Positions 9,774-19,762 of a DNA stretch of 32,642 nucleotides are shown here, piece by piece (within the stretch, counting starts at the first letter, position 1; the number at the start of each line of letters is the position of its first letter). A program made the position numbers and the translations under genes. The notes under the pieces were generated by a model. That model was not told the DNA's origin and searched no databases. It saw only the letters and a list, made by a program, of their open reading frames with translations. Location: the NCBI GenBank assembly GCA_001724265.1, contig MEDY01000338.1, forward strand, positions 1 through 32,642, read 5' to 3'. The DNA comes from Rhizaria sp. SCN 62-66. Taxonomy: Eukaryota.

Positions 9774-12700
9774 CTCAACTGCGGCTTGTGGCTCTGCTTC
9801 TGCGCCTGCGCCTCGGTCTCGGCAATCTGCCTCAGCGCGAGCGCCAGTTCCCGCTCCTCCCTCTCCGCGCGCGCCCTCCTGTCGTCCTCCTCCCGCGCCG
9901 CGATGAAGGCCGCGATCTCGGCCTCGCTGGCGTCCGCGCGCAGTCCGCCGTTGGCGGCCGCAGCCTCGGCCGAGGACACCCAGCCGTCGAGCCCGATGTG
10001 CGCGGACATCGCCGCGGGCGGCTCGGCGGCGGGGTTCTTGCGAGACCGCGTCGAAGGGGTTGTGGTCGCCGCGATCGTCGCCGCCGCGGACTGCTGCTGC
10101 TTCTCGGTGTTGCTGTTTGCAGCAGCAGAGCTAGAGCTAGAGAGGGATGACGAGGACGACGCAGCGCTCGGAGCAGCAGCATTAGCGGCGGCAGAAGCGG
10201 CCTGCGCGGCGGCCTTGTTCGCCGCCGCCGCCGCGGCCGCCGCCGCCGCGACGTTGTCCGTCAGCTGCCCATCGTGGCCAACGACGACCTTGACCGAGCT
10301 GCGGTTGCGGCGGTACTGTACCAGCGCCTTGGCCAGCGAGTACAGCGGCTTGCGCGAGTGCACGGTGCGGATCGCGGTGACGTACCGGCCAGGCTCGGTG
10401 CCCGCGGAACGGCCCTCGAGGTTGAAGGCGTCCAACACATGGTACACGGCGGACCGACGCGTGCGAGACATCGGAGGGAACTCGTACGTCGCGCCGACAC
10501 CGCCGCTGCTACTCAGTGAGGACGCCGATGAAGACGAAGAAGACGACGATGAAGAGTATGATGAGGACGCGGTTTGGTCGAGGAACGCGGTCATCGCGGC
10601 CTCGACCTCTGCCACGAACCCGTCAGCGCGCGCGTTAACAAGCGTCGCAAGCGTCGACTCGGGGTAGGGCAAGATGCCCTGCTGCTCGACAAGCGCGGCG
10701 AGCTCGGCTTCGGTCAGCTCGCGGCCCTCGGCCTCGGCGGCCGCGCGGAGGCGCTGGCGGAGCGCGGCAGTAAAGCTGGCGACCATGGTCATCCGGTTCT
10801 GCTGCGAGTCTGCGACGTTGAGCACCGAGGCGACCTTGGCCGCGTGTGACGCCGCGTGGCACGACGCCGTGCACGGGAGATGCGCCAGGGACGCGGGCAG
10901 CGCGGGGAAAAAGGTGCCCCACCCGCGGGCCTCCACGGTGTGCAGGAGCAGCGGCAGCGAGACGCGGGGCTCGGGGAAAGATAGCAGAGGCAGCGGGCGC
11001 GGCACGGCGGCCGCGGCGTGGGCGATGTACGACGCACGGTCGCTCTCGCTGTGGAAAACCGACGGCGGCGGCGGCGGCGGCGGCGGCGCAGGCTGAGCGG
11101 TGGCTGCAATCGCAGTGGGCTCGGGCTCTGCTGCGGAGACAGACTCAGGCTTAGCAGACGCAGACTCAGTAGACTCAGGTTTAGCCTCAGACCCAGTCGA
11201 CTGAGACTGAGACTCTGGCTTGGAGTCAGAGCTCTCAGGCTCAGGCTTTGCAGTCTCAGCAGTCTCAGACCCAGGAGTCTCGGACTCGGGTTTCGCAGTG
11301 TCCTCGTCCTCCTCTTCCCCACCGCCACCAGCAGCCGCAGCAGCAACCGGCTTTGATTCCGTCGTTTTCGTTGCATCACCGGCATTATCAGCGCTGAAGG
11401 CAAGCGACGCTGCAACGGCGGCCTCAGCAGCGGCGGTGTTGGCGTCATACTCCTCCGCAGCCTTGACCTTGGCGGCCGCAACGGCGCTGATGTACCTGTC
11501 CTCATCGGCGTCCGCCCGCGCGCGCGCCGCCGCGGCCTCCTGCTGCAGCGCCGGATCCTGCGATAGGTAACGCGCGAGCCCGTAGGCAACGCGGCGGAGC
11601 ACGGTGCGCTCCATGCCGCAGTCAACAGGCTGCCAGCGGCGGCCGCAGTCGCACGACGCGCGCACGGGCTCAGCACACGGCCGCTCGGGGCAGTGGAAGA
11701 GCTCCGACGCGGCCGGGATGTGCGCGGAAAGGTAAGCCGCGTACGGCGAGGCGGTGTAAAGCAGCAGTAAGGCGGGCAAGGGCGCGGCCGAGAGGGTTAA
11801 GATGGCCTGGACGGGGTCAGCCCAGTCCACGGTCACCGTGTCGTAGTCAGGCTCTGCGCTGTTGTCACCGCTCTTGTTGCTGCTGCCGCTGCCGTTGCCG
11901 TCGTCGATGTTGCTGACTGAGAGCAAGTGCGGGTCCGCGGGGCGGGGCACGCGCACGGTCACGACGGAGCTCCTGCTCGCACTGGTGTCCTTATTGTCTT
12001 TGTCTTTGCTGATATTGTGATTGGCGTGGGCCGCGGAGGGCCAGAGCGACAGAGACGACACGTCCGCGTACTTGACGTAGTGGCACTGCGCCTGGCACGC
12101 GTGCGCGCAGGCCAGACGGCGACGGCCACAGGCGAAACCGCAGGAACAGAACGCAGCAGCGGCGGCTGCGGAGGCAGCGGCGGCCGCAGACATAGTCTCG
12201 GCAGGCCCGCCGTTGTTGCCGATGCTGCCGCCGCCGCCTTTGGCGCCGTCCGTGTCCTCGTCGCTGTCGGTTGTCGTGCCCGCCGTCGCCGCAGCCTCAG
12301 AGCCCAAAGCCGAGGCCGAGCCTGCGGCTGAGGCTGCGGCCGAGGCGGCCGCGGTGGCTTCTGCGAGGTGGGGATGTGCGACACCGTAGCAGGCGCCGGT
12401 GCAGCCAGTCACCGCCGCCGTCGCGTCGGTCGTGATGGGCGGGCACGAGCAGTGCGGCCCGCGGCCGCCGTTCGCAACCATCGCTGCAGCGGCAGCGGCA
12501 GCGGCAGCGGCGGCGGCGGCGGCGGAGGGACGGGCAATGCCTTCGCACTCGCCAGCGACTGCAATAGGCGAAGTCAACCCCCCACTTGCAGCAGCGGCAG
12601 CAGCAGCAGCACTGGGAGCGGAGGGGGTTTGCGGCGGCGGCGCGTCGTTGACGGGGCATGCGCCCGCGTGGCAGCGGCGGTTGCACTCGTGCATGCGGCA

Positions 12701-15700
12701 TCCCATGAGCTTGCCGCACGCACGCGCGCACACGACCTCCTTGCTGCAGGGCCCCAGCACGCGCTCGCCGTGTCCGCCCGCGCAGCCGCGCCACGTGGGC
12801 ACGGCGCACGGCGGACACGGCCCGCGGTGACAGCCCGCGGCGCAGCGGTGGCCGCAGGCGCCCGTCTTGGGGCACTGGAGACGGCACTGCGCCTGCACGG
12901 CGGCCCACGAGGAGCCGCAGACCTGGCGCCCCGGCAGCCGCGCCGCGCCGCAGCCGCAGGTGACGCCGCCGCGGTACACCTCTGCGCACGGCGGACACGC
13001 GCCCGCGTGGCACGGCGACGGGCACCGGTGGCCGCAGGGCAGCTCGGCGTGGCACTGCTGCAGACACAGGTGCGGCGCCGCGGCCGCAGACGGCGCGCCC
13101 GTGGCGTCGGCGCAGCACCGGGCCCCGCAGCGGTGGCGCTTGCACGAGAGCTCCGCGCGGCACACCTTGGCGCAGAGCGGCGTGACCGTGTCGAAGAGCA
13201 GCACGAGCGGTGGCAGCCGCGCGGCGGCGGCGGCGCGGCGGGCGTCGCCCAACGCCAGCGCGCGCTCGACCGGGTCCGCGAGGAGCTCGGCCGCGGCGGT
13301 CGCGGCGGCCGCGGCAGCGGCGGCCGCGGGCGGCTGATGCGGCGTGTAGACCAGCCCGTCCTCGGAGAGCTCGCCGAGTGCGGCGTCAGCCAGTTTGCGC
13401 TTGGACAGCACGGCGGCGGCCTCGGCGGCGACGGAGCAGGGCAGTGCGGCGACCGCGGAGGACTTGCCGCAGCGGCACGCCGGCGCGGGCACGGGCGCCG
13501 AGCAGGGCGCGCAGGGGCCCAGATGGCACGTCTGGCGGCACTTGTGGCCGCAGCCCGGGAGCGCGCGGCCGCAGGGGCGGGTACATGTCGGGAGTGGGTC
13601 GGTACACGCGACGCGCGGCGGCCGGCGCGCGCCGAGCGACGAGCTCGCTGCGGAGTCAGCCAGCGCGGCGGACGCGTCGAGTGTGGGGAATTGGGTCGCG
13701 CCGCACGCGCAGGGCTGCGGCTGGCCAGGCGGCGGCGGCTGCGTCGCACACGGTGCGCAGGGCCCCTCGTGGCACGGCAGCGGGCAGCTGTGGGCGCCGC
13801 AGGCCAGCGCGCGGCCGCACACCTCACCGCACGCGTACTGCGGAAGCGCCGCCGCCTCATCGTCAGCAGTGTCAGCGGGGGCAGTTGTGGTAAGCTTGGT
13901 GCCGCAGGGGACGTCGGCAGCGGCGTGCTTGCCGCAGAAGCAGCGCGCGCGTGTCGTGACGGCGCAGGGCGCACAGGGCCCCGCGTGGCAGCGCTCAGTA
14001 CACGTGTGGCCACAGGGCTTCACCGCCCCCGCCGTGCCGCTGCCACTGTGAGAGGCTGCGGAGGCGGCGAAAAGCACCGGCGCCGCCGCTGCAGAGTCGC
14101 CGTACGACACGGCCAGAACGCCGGACGCGGGCGCCGCGGCGGCCTCGGCCTTGCCGAGCGGCGAGAGGTCCTTGCGCGCGTACAGCGGCGCCCCGCACAC
14201 CGCGCCGCAGGAGCGCGCGGGCACCGCGGCGGCGAGGGCCGTCGCGGTCGCGGCGCCCGAGGCCGCGGCGGCGCGCGCGCGCGCGACGAGCGAGCAGAGC
14301 GCGGCGACGTCGGCGCCGGTCGCGGATTTAGCGGCGGCGGCGACGGCCGCGGCGACGGCGTCCGAGTCGGCGGCGATGCGGCCTGACTTGCTAACGCGAG
14401 CCGCGTCGGCAAGCTTAGCTGCGCTGCTGCTGATGTTGCGAGTGGCAGCGGAGGCGACAGCGCGGATGGCCAGCGCGTTGGCAACGCCGCCAACACCGCC
14501 GCCGCCGCCGTTGTTGCTGCTGCCGCCGCCAGCGCTGTTGGCGGCCGCGGCGGCGGCGGCCGCGGCGGCGGCGGCCGTGGCGGCATCGGCGCACCGCTGG
14601 GGCGCCTTGGTCCGTCCGCAACCACAGGGCGCGGGGGCGCCCTGCGCGCCGCAGGGCGGACAGGGGCCCGGATGGCAGGACAGCGAGCAGGGGTGCGGGC
14701 AGTGGGGGCGCGCGCGGCCGCACGTGTCGCCGCACGCGTGGGGCAGCGCGAGCGGCGAGTAGTCGGGGCTGGTCACGGCGCCGCAATAACACGTGGGACG
14801 TGCGGGGAAAAAGGGGACCGAGCAGCGGCAGTTGGGGCAGGGAAACGCCGCCTGGACCGTGGCGGTGACGCTGAAGCCGGACAGGTCGACGAAGGGCGAC
14901 ACGGGAGTCGCGGGTGCGCTGCTGTTGCCGTTGCCACTGTTATGACTGCCGCGGGCGGAAGGGCGCGTGACCGCGACGGCGCCGCCGAAGAGGTCAGACG
15001 GCAGCAGCGACGCGCCGACACCGCGGAGGCTCTCGGCAGACCGCAGCTGCGCGCCCTTGGCTTCGGCGAGCGCTTTCACGCAGTCGTAATGTTGCAGCAC
15101 AAAGCACTGCGGACAGGCCCAGATCGAGTCCTGGCGGCCGACGGGGTCGAGGCAGAGCCCGCAGTGGACGTCGTCGGCCGCGACGCGGGTGACCAGCGAC
15201 GCCGTCAAGTCGGGCACGCCCATTGACAACAGGGAGGTCACGAGGGACGCGTTCACAGGGGCGGCGGCGGCGGCGGCAATCGCGGCGGCGCGTGCGGCGG
15301 CGGCGGCGGACGCGGCGGCCTTAGCGGAGGGCGCGCGGGCGGGGGGCCGGCGTGCGTTCGCAGAAGCAGAGCTGGAGCTGGAGCGAGAGCTAGAGCTAGA
15401 GCTGGAGTTTGATACGGAGGAAGACGAGGCACTGGGGGTAGCTGTGTCGAGAGAAAGCGATGACGAGTTATCATAGGACTGCTGTTGATTCTGATTCTGA
15501 CGGCCGCGTTGTTGCTGCTGTTGCCTGTTTGCGTTGGGATTCGCGCTATGGGCGTTGCGGCCACGTTGCTGCTGAGGCTGAGGCTGAGACTGAGGCTGAG
15601 GTTGATTTGTAGTGGCGGCGGCAGCGGCGTCGGCGCTCGTGCCGGGAATAAACGGGGCTGCGTCAGCATTGCGCCCAGCACCGTCAGCATTGCGCCCAGC

Positions 15701-16546
15701 ACCAGCAATGCTCGCATCGGAGGCACCGGCATTGCTCGGGCTCGCGCTCGCAGGCTGGGCGTTAAGGGCTTGGGCGTTGCGGCCAGGGCCCTTGGGGCGA
15801 GGCTCGTTGCTCCTAGTCTGCTGCTGTTGCTGCTGCTGACGGCCAGCATTGTTACTATTCCGGCCCATATTCTGCGACTGAGACTGTGACTGAGAGTCTT
15901 GACTCTGCTCAGTCGACTGCTGCTGTTGCTGCTTAGGCTGCCGAGGCTGCTTGGGCTGGCGGGGGTTCTGCTGTCCGCGCCCACCCACACTCGCGCTCGC
16001 GCTCGCGCTCGCAGTCGGCGCAACAGCAGCTACAGTCGGGGCATTGTCGCCAGCAGGAGCGGAGGCGGCCGCAGCAGGAGCAGGAGCAGAGATTGCGGGC
16101 TGCTGCTGCTGCTGCTTTGCGTTGCGGGGCTCTTGGCGCTTGTTGCTCTGCCGGCCCGCGCCGTCGCCGTTGTTGCGATTGTTGGGAGCATTGCTGTTCT
16201 GTCGTCCAGAGCCAGCAGGCGCAGCGGCGGCCGGGGCTGGTCCTGTCACGCTGGGAGCTTGAAAGGGGGTAGAGGATGAGCTCAGGGACTGTGAGCCCGA
16301 CATCGTTGCGCGCGGGACGGCGGCAGAAGCAGAAGCTGCATTAGAAGAAGGCACTGGCGCGGGCGCGGTGGGCAGGGAAGCAGCAGCCGGGGCAGCGGCG
16401 GGTGAGACGGAGGCTGCGGCAGCGAGGTGGGCAATGTGACGCGGGTTACGCGGGTGCGCGGGGCGTGCGACAGCCGCAGAGCCGTCCGGTGGAGGTGGCG
16501 GAGGGTTGAAAGCCGACGCCGTGGGATTCAGCGCGGTCGGGAGCAT
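9656..16546 (-). CDS. NFX1: NF-X1-type zinc finger protein (NFX1/NFXL1/Fap1 family): PAM2-like motifs, RING, multiple NF-X1 Cys/His repeats, R3H-like domain; ~2296 aa
   Basis: RING: CGLCLDPVGRQDSIWACPQCFVLQHYDC...FPCPNCR. It is followed by TCYCG...PHACGDTCGR and repeated CxHxCxxxCHxGPCxPC units. An R3H-like segment (YEFPPMSRTRRSAVYHVLDAFNLEGRSAGTEPGRYV) lies near the C-terminus. The first in-frame ATG is at 16546, just before the PAM2-like LNPTASAFNP; the track start at 16600 is a GTG. Ends in TAA. Confidence 0.85.
9732..9776. repeat. (CTCTGG)7 hexamer microsatellite encoding a Ser-Gln repeat near the NFX1 C-terminus
   Basis: Directly visible tandem repeat; translates to SQSQSQ on the minus strand. 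Confidence 0.9.
15661..15702. repeat. 21-nt tandem duplication in the NFX1 N-terminal region
   Basis: cgtcagcattgcgcccagcac occurs twice in tandem; encodes GAGRNAD-GAGRNAD. Confidence 0.85.
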
Positions 16547-17301
16547 CGTCGGCGAGCGGAAAGAGGACGGGGACGGGGCTGCTCCGAGGGGTGAAGGCAC
16601 GGGGACCTGAACGGAGCGGGAGTGAAGGCAGTGTGGGTTAGCGCAGGATCACACGCATAACATCGACGGTGATAAAAAATGAAATGGGTTCATGCGCAGA
16701 CCAACTAAAAAATTAGCGAAATCGAAAAATAATGACCGAGAAGTGTTCGTCTACACGCTGCGGCACTTGCTTTGCACTCGCCGCGCCAACTACCCATTCC
16801 TCGTTTGTGGTGAGTTGGGAGCACTGCCGGTCGGTCAGTCCACTCGGACTGTGAGGCTTAACTTTCTCTCGAGGGCAAAGGTTTGAACAAAAAACGGTTC
16901 ACGAATTGGAGGAATTCAATCTTGTGCGGACTACATCTGCTTTTATGAAACAAAGAAAAAAAATTAGAACGTTTGGCGGATGCATTTATATCATACTTGT
17001 TTGTATGGTTTCGTAACGGCCGTTTTCCCCTATTTCGATGTGGTTTTTGGCGTCATTTCGTCGCTCCGCTCTAGGCTCACCATTTCGTCTCTCTCGCCCT
17101 CGCCCTGACCTCCGTCTTGTGCAGTTTTCGTCCCCTTTGTTTCTTCCTAATATTTCCGGCTAAGCCTACCTTCCACTCCGCGAGTTCTGCTTGAGCCCCG
17201 AGCTTCCGCAGCCCGCAGCAGCTTCGCTTAACAAGCAGCTTCGCCCAGCAACAGCACCAGCAGCCTGAGAGACCAGCTCCTCTTTCTCGAGTGTTACAAA
17301 G

Positions 17302-19191
17302 ATGGAAGTGATCTCCTACACATACGAGCGTCCGCGCCGCCAGTTCGGCACGCGCCCGGCGTTCCAGGACGTGGTCCAAGAGGTTGAGTCCGTGGTGCCC
17401 GACTCGAACGACCGCAAGATGTGGCGTGAGCGCGTTACCAGTACCATCGAGCTCGACTGTATCCCGCAGCAGTCGATGCACGCCGTCAACACAGAGCGCT
17501 TCGTCCAAGTCCAGAAGGGCTGCAACCACACCGACGGCGCGTGGCCCGCCGAGGTCAAGTCGCAGGAGTACCAGGACAAGCAGCGCTTCCTGCGCCGCAT
17601 CACCAACGAGGAAACGTACCACGACTCTGTCGTGAGCCTCGTGCGCACCGCCGACACGGTCATCCAGCAGAACTCGACGATCGACCTGTACGAGATGTAC
17701 TTCGACGACGTTGCTGAGGGCGCTATCGAGGACGCCGAGGCCCCCAACTGCCGCACGCTGTGTGTGTTGCGCGACCCGAACCAGATCCGCCGCTCTGCGA
17801 CGTGCATCTCCTGGCACCCCGACAACGCGAGCAAACTCGCGGTGGCGTACTCGATCCAGCAGTTCCAGCAGCTTCCGGACAAGATGTCCACGGCGTCGTA
17901 CATCTGGGACGTCAACGCGCCGAACGAGCCCGAGCAGGAGCTGCTCCCTCCGTCGCCGCTGTGCTCGTTGTCGTTCAACCCGCGCACGGCCGATCACCTC
18001 ATCGGCGGCTGCTACCACGGCCAGCTCGCCTTCTTCGACCTCCGCAAGGGCCCCGCGCCCGTGGAAGTCTCCGCCGCTGAGCACTCGCACCACGACCCCG
18101 TGTACGACGTGCAGTGGATCCAGTCGCGCACGGGCAGCGAGTGCGTCTCGATCTCCACCGACGGCCAGTTGTTATGGTGGGACGTCCGTAAGATGGACCG
18201 CGGGCCCGTCGACCGCATGCTGCTGCAGTCCGTGGCCGGCAACGGCGCCACCACCAACGGCGCGGCCGGCGTGTCTGCCGCCGCGGCCGCCGCGGCGGTG
18301 CAGCAGATGCAACAGGCGACCAACCCGCTCACGGGCGCCGCCGACATCGTCTACGGCGCGACGCGGCTCGAGTACAACTCGGACGCCGGCGCGACGCGCT
18401 ATCTTGTCGGCACCGAGCAGGGCCAGGTGCTGCTGTGCGACCGCAAGGCGAAGAAGGACAAGGCGTCTGACAAGGTGATCAAGTCCATCTACGGCGAGAA
18501 GACGGGCGGCCACCACGGGCCCATCTACTCGATCCAGCGTAACCCGCACCAGAACATGCTCAAGTACTTTCTCACCGTCGGCGACTGGTCCGTGCGCGTG
18601 TGGAACGAGGACTCGCGCGCGCCCATCCTCACCACGCCCTTCGACCGCGCGTCCATCACGGCGGCATGCTGGTCCCCGTCGCGCTCCGGCGTGTTCCTCT
18701 CGGCCAAGAGCGACGGCGCGCTCGACGCCTGGGACCTCTTCTACCGCCACAACGCGCCCGCCTTCTCCACGCGCGTGTCTGACACGGGCCTCTGCTCCGT
18801 CAAGGTGCAGCAGGCCGGTGCGCTGACCGCGGTCGGCGATCTGGCCGGCACGGTGACTGTGCTGGAGCTCAACGGCGCGCTGTCGCAGATGCAGAAGACG
18901 GAGAAGAAGGAGATGGTCGACATGTTCGAGCGCGAGACGAAGCGCGAGAAGAACGTTGAGATGCGCCAGATCGCCCGCAAGCGCGAGATCGCAGAGCGCC
19001 GCAATCTCGCGGCGCAGGAGAAGGCTTTTGCGGTCGACGACGAGGACGACGAGGAGCTGGCCCAGATGCTCAAGCGCGCTGAGGAGGAGTTCTTCTTCGA
19101 GGTTGACAACCAGTCCGCGAACGTCCTGCTCGGCGGCTCTGAGGGCAACGGCGACGACGAGGAGGAGGTCAAGAAGCCCGACAACGAGTAA
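17302..19191 (+). CDS. DNAI2: Axonemal outer-arm dynein intermediate chain 2 (IC2/IC70/ODA6 type), WD40 repeats, 629 aa, intronless
   Basis: The N-terminus MEVISYTYERPRRQFG, together with HAVNTE, NHTDGAWP, QQNSTIDLYEMYF, LRDPNQIRRSATCISWHPD, HSHHDPVY, STDGQLLWWDVRK, YLVGTEQG, GHHGPIYSIQRNP, FLTVGDWSVRVWNE and the C-terminal MFERETKREK, matches the DNAI2 family. Ends in TAA. Confidence 0.95.
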   Translation: MEVISYTYERPRRQFGTRPAFQDVVQEVESVVPDSNDRKMWRERVTSTIELDCIPQQSMHAVNTERFVQVQKGCNHTDGAWPAEVKSQEYQDKQRFLRRITNEETYHDSVVSLVRTADTVIQQNSTIDLYEMYFDDVAEGAIEDAEAPNCRTLCVLRDPNQIRRSATCISWHPDNASKLAVAYSIQQFQQLPDKMSTASYIWDVNAPNEPEQELLPPSPLCSLSFNPRTADHLIGGCYHGQLAFFDLRKGPAPVEVSAAEHSHHDPVYDVQWIQSRTGSECVSISTDGQLLWWDVRKMDRGPVDRMLLQSVAGNGATTNGAAGVSAAAAAAAVQQMQQATNPLTGAADIVYGATRLEYNSDAGATRYLVGTEQGQVLLCDRKAKKDKASDKVIKSIYGEKTGGHHGPIYSIQRNPHQNMLKYFLTVGDWSVRVWNEDSRAPILTTPFDRASITAACWSPSRSGVFLSAKSDGALDAWDLFYRHNAPAFSTRVSDTGLCSVKVQQAGALTAVGDLAGTVTVLELNGALSQMQKTEKKEMVDMFERETKREKNVEMRQIARKREIAERRNLAAQEKAFAVDDEDDEELAQMLKRAEEEFFFEVDNQSANVLLGGSEGNGDDEEEVKKPDNE

Positions 19192-19762
19192 AGTAAACAC
19201 GACTGTCAAAGTGACTCTCAAAGTGATCAAGTGAGCAACTTCTTAGTCTCGAACAACAACCACAACAAGAACAAGTTGTGACGTCTTTTCGCTTTTGCTG
19301 TTTCTGTGTTTGTTCCTCGACTTGATTTGTCTCACTCTTGGCGTCGCGTCGCGCTTTGTCTTTGTTTTTATTTCTTCTCTACACATGTTACCTGAGTCCG
19401 TATCACACACACTGTAGTGCGAGCAATCAGTGCCCGCTCATTTCATTAGCAAGTCAACAATGGATGTGGCGTATTATGTCACATCGCATCACGTATGTTT
19501 CCCTTTTAAATAATGTCGTAATACACAAAACACAAAATGACTTCAGCGCTACGGAGGCTTTGAATTGAATGAAAGAGGAAATCTATGTATGCTTTGGTTT
19601 CACAACCATGTTTAAATCTTTAGGTGTTCACATTTTTCGTAATCAATGTAGGCTAACAATATTATAATCATATCAATTCATGTTAGCAACAAGAACAACG
19701 GATGTCACACAGTCCATTTGTTCGGGTTGCGTTGTTTACTCAGTCTTGGTCCGTTCCTGCTG

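Noticed and set aside
16607..16797. Possible coding micro-exon for NFX1 (ATG GGT AGT TGG ... AAA|GCAAGT, GC-AG intron)
   Set aside because: It needs a GC donor with poor exonic context. The nearby GT donor is phase-incompatible, and an ATG beside the PAM2 motif already provides a start.
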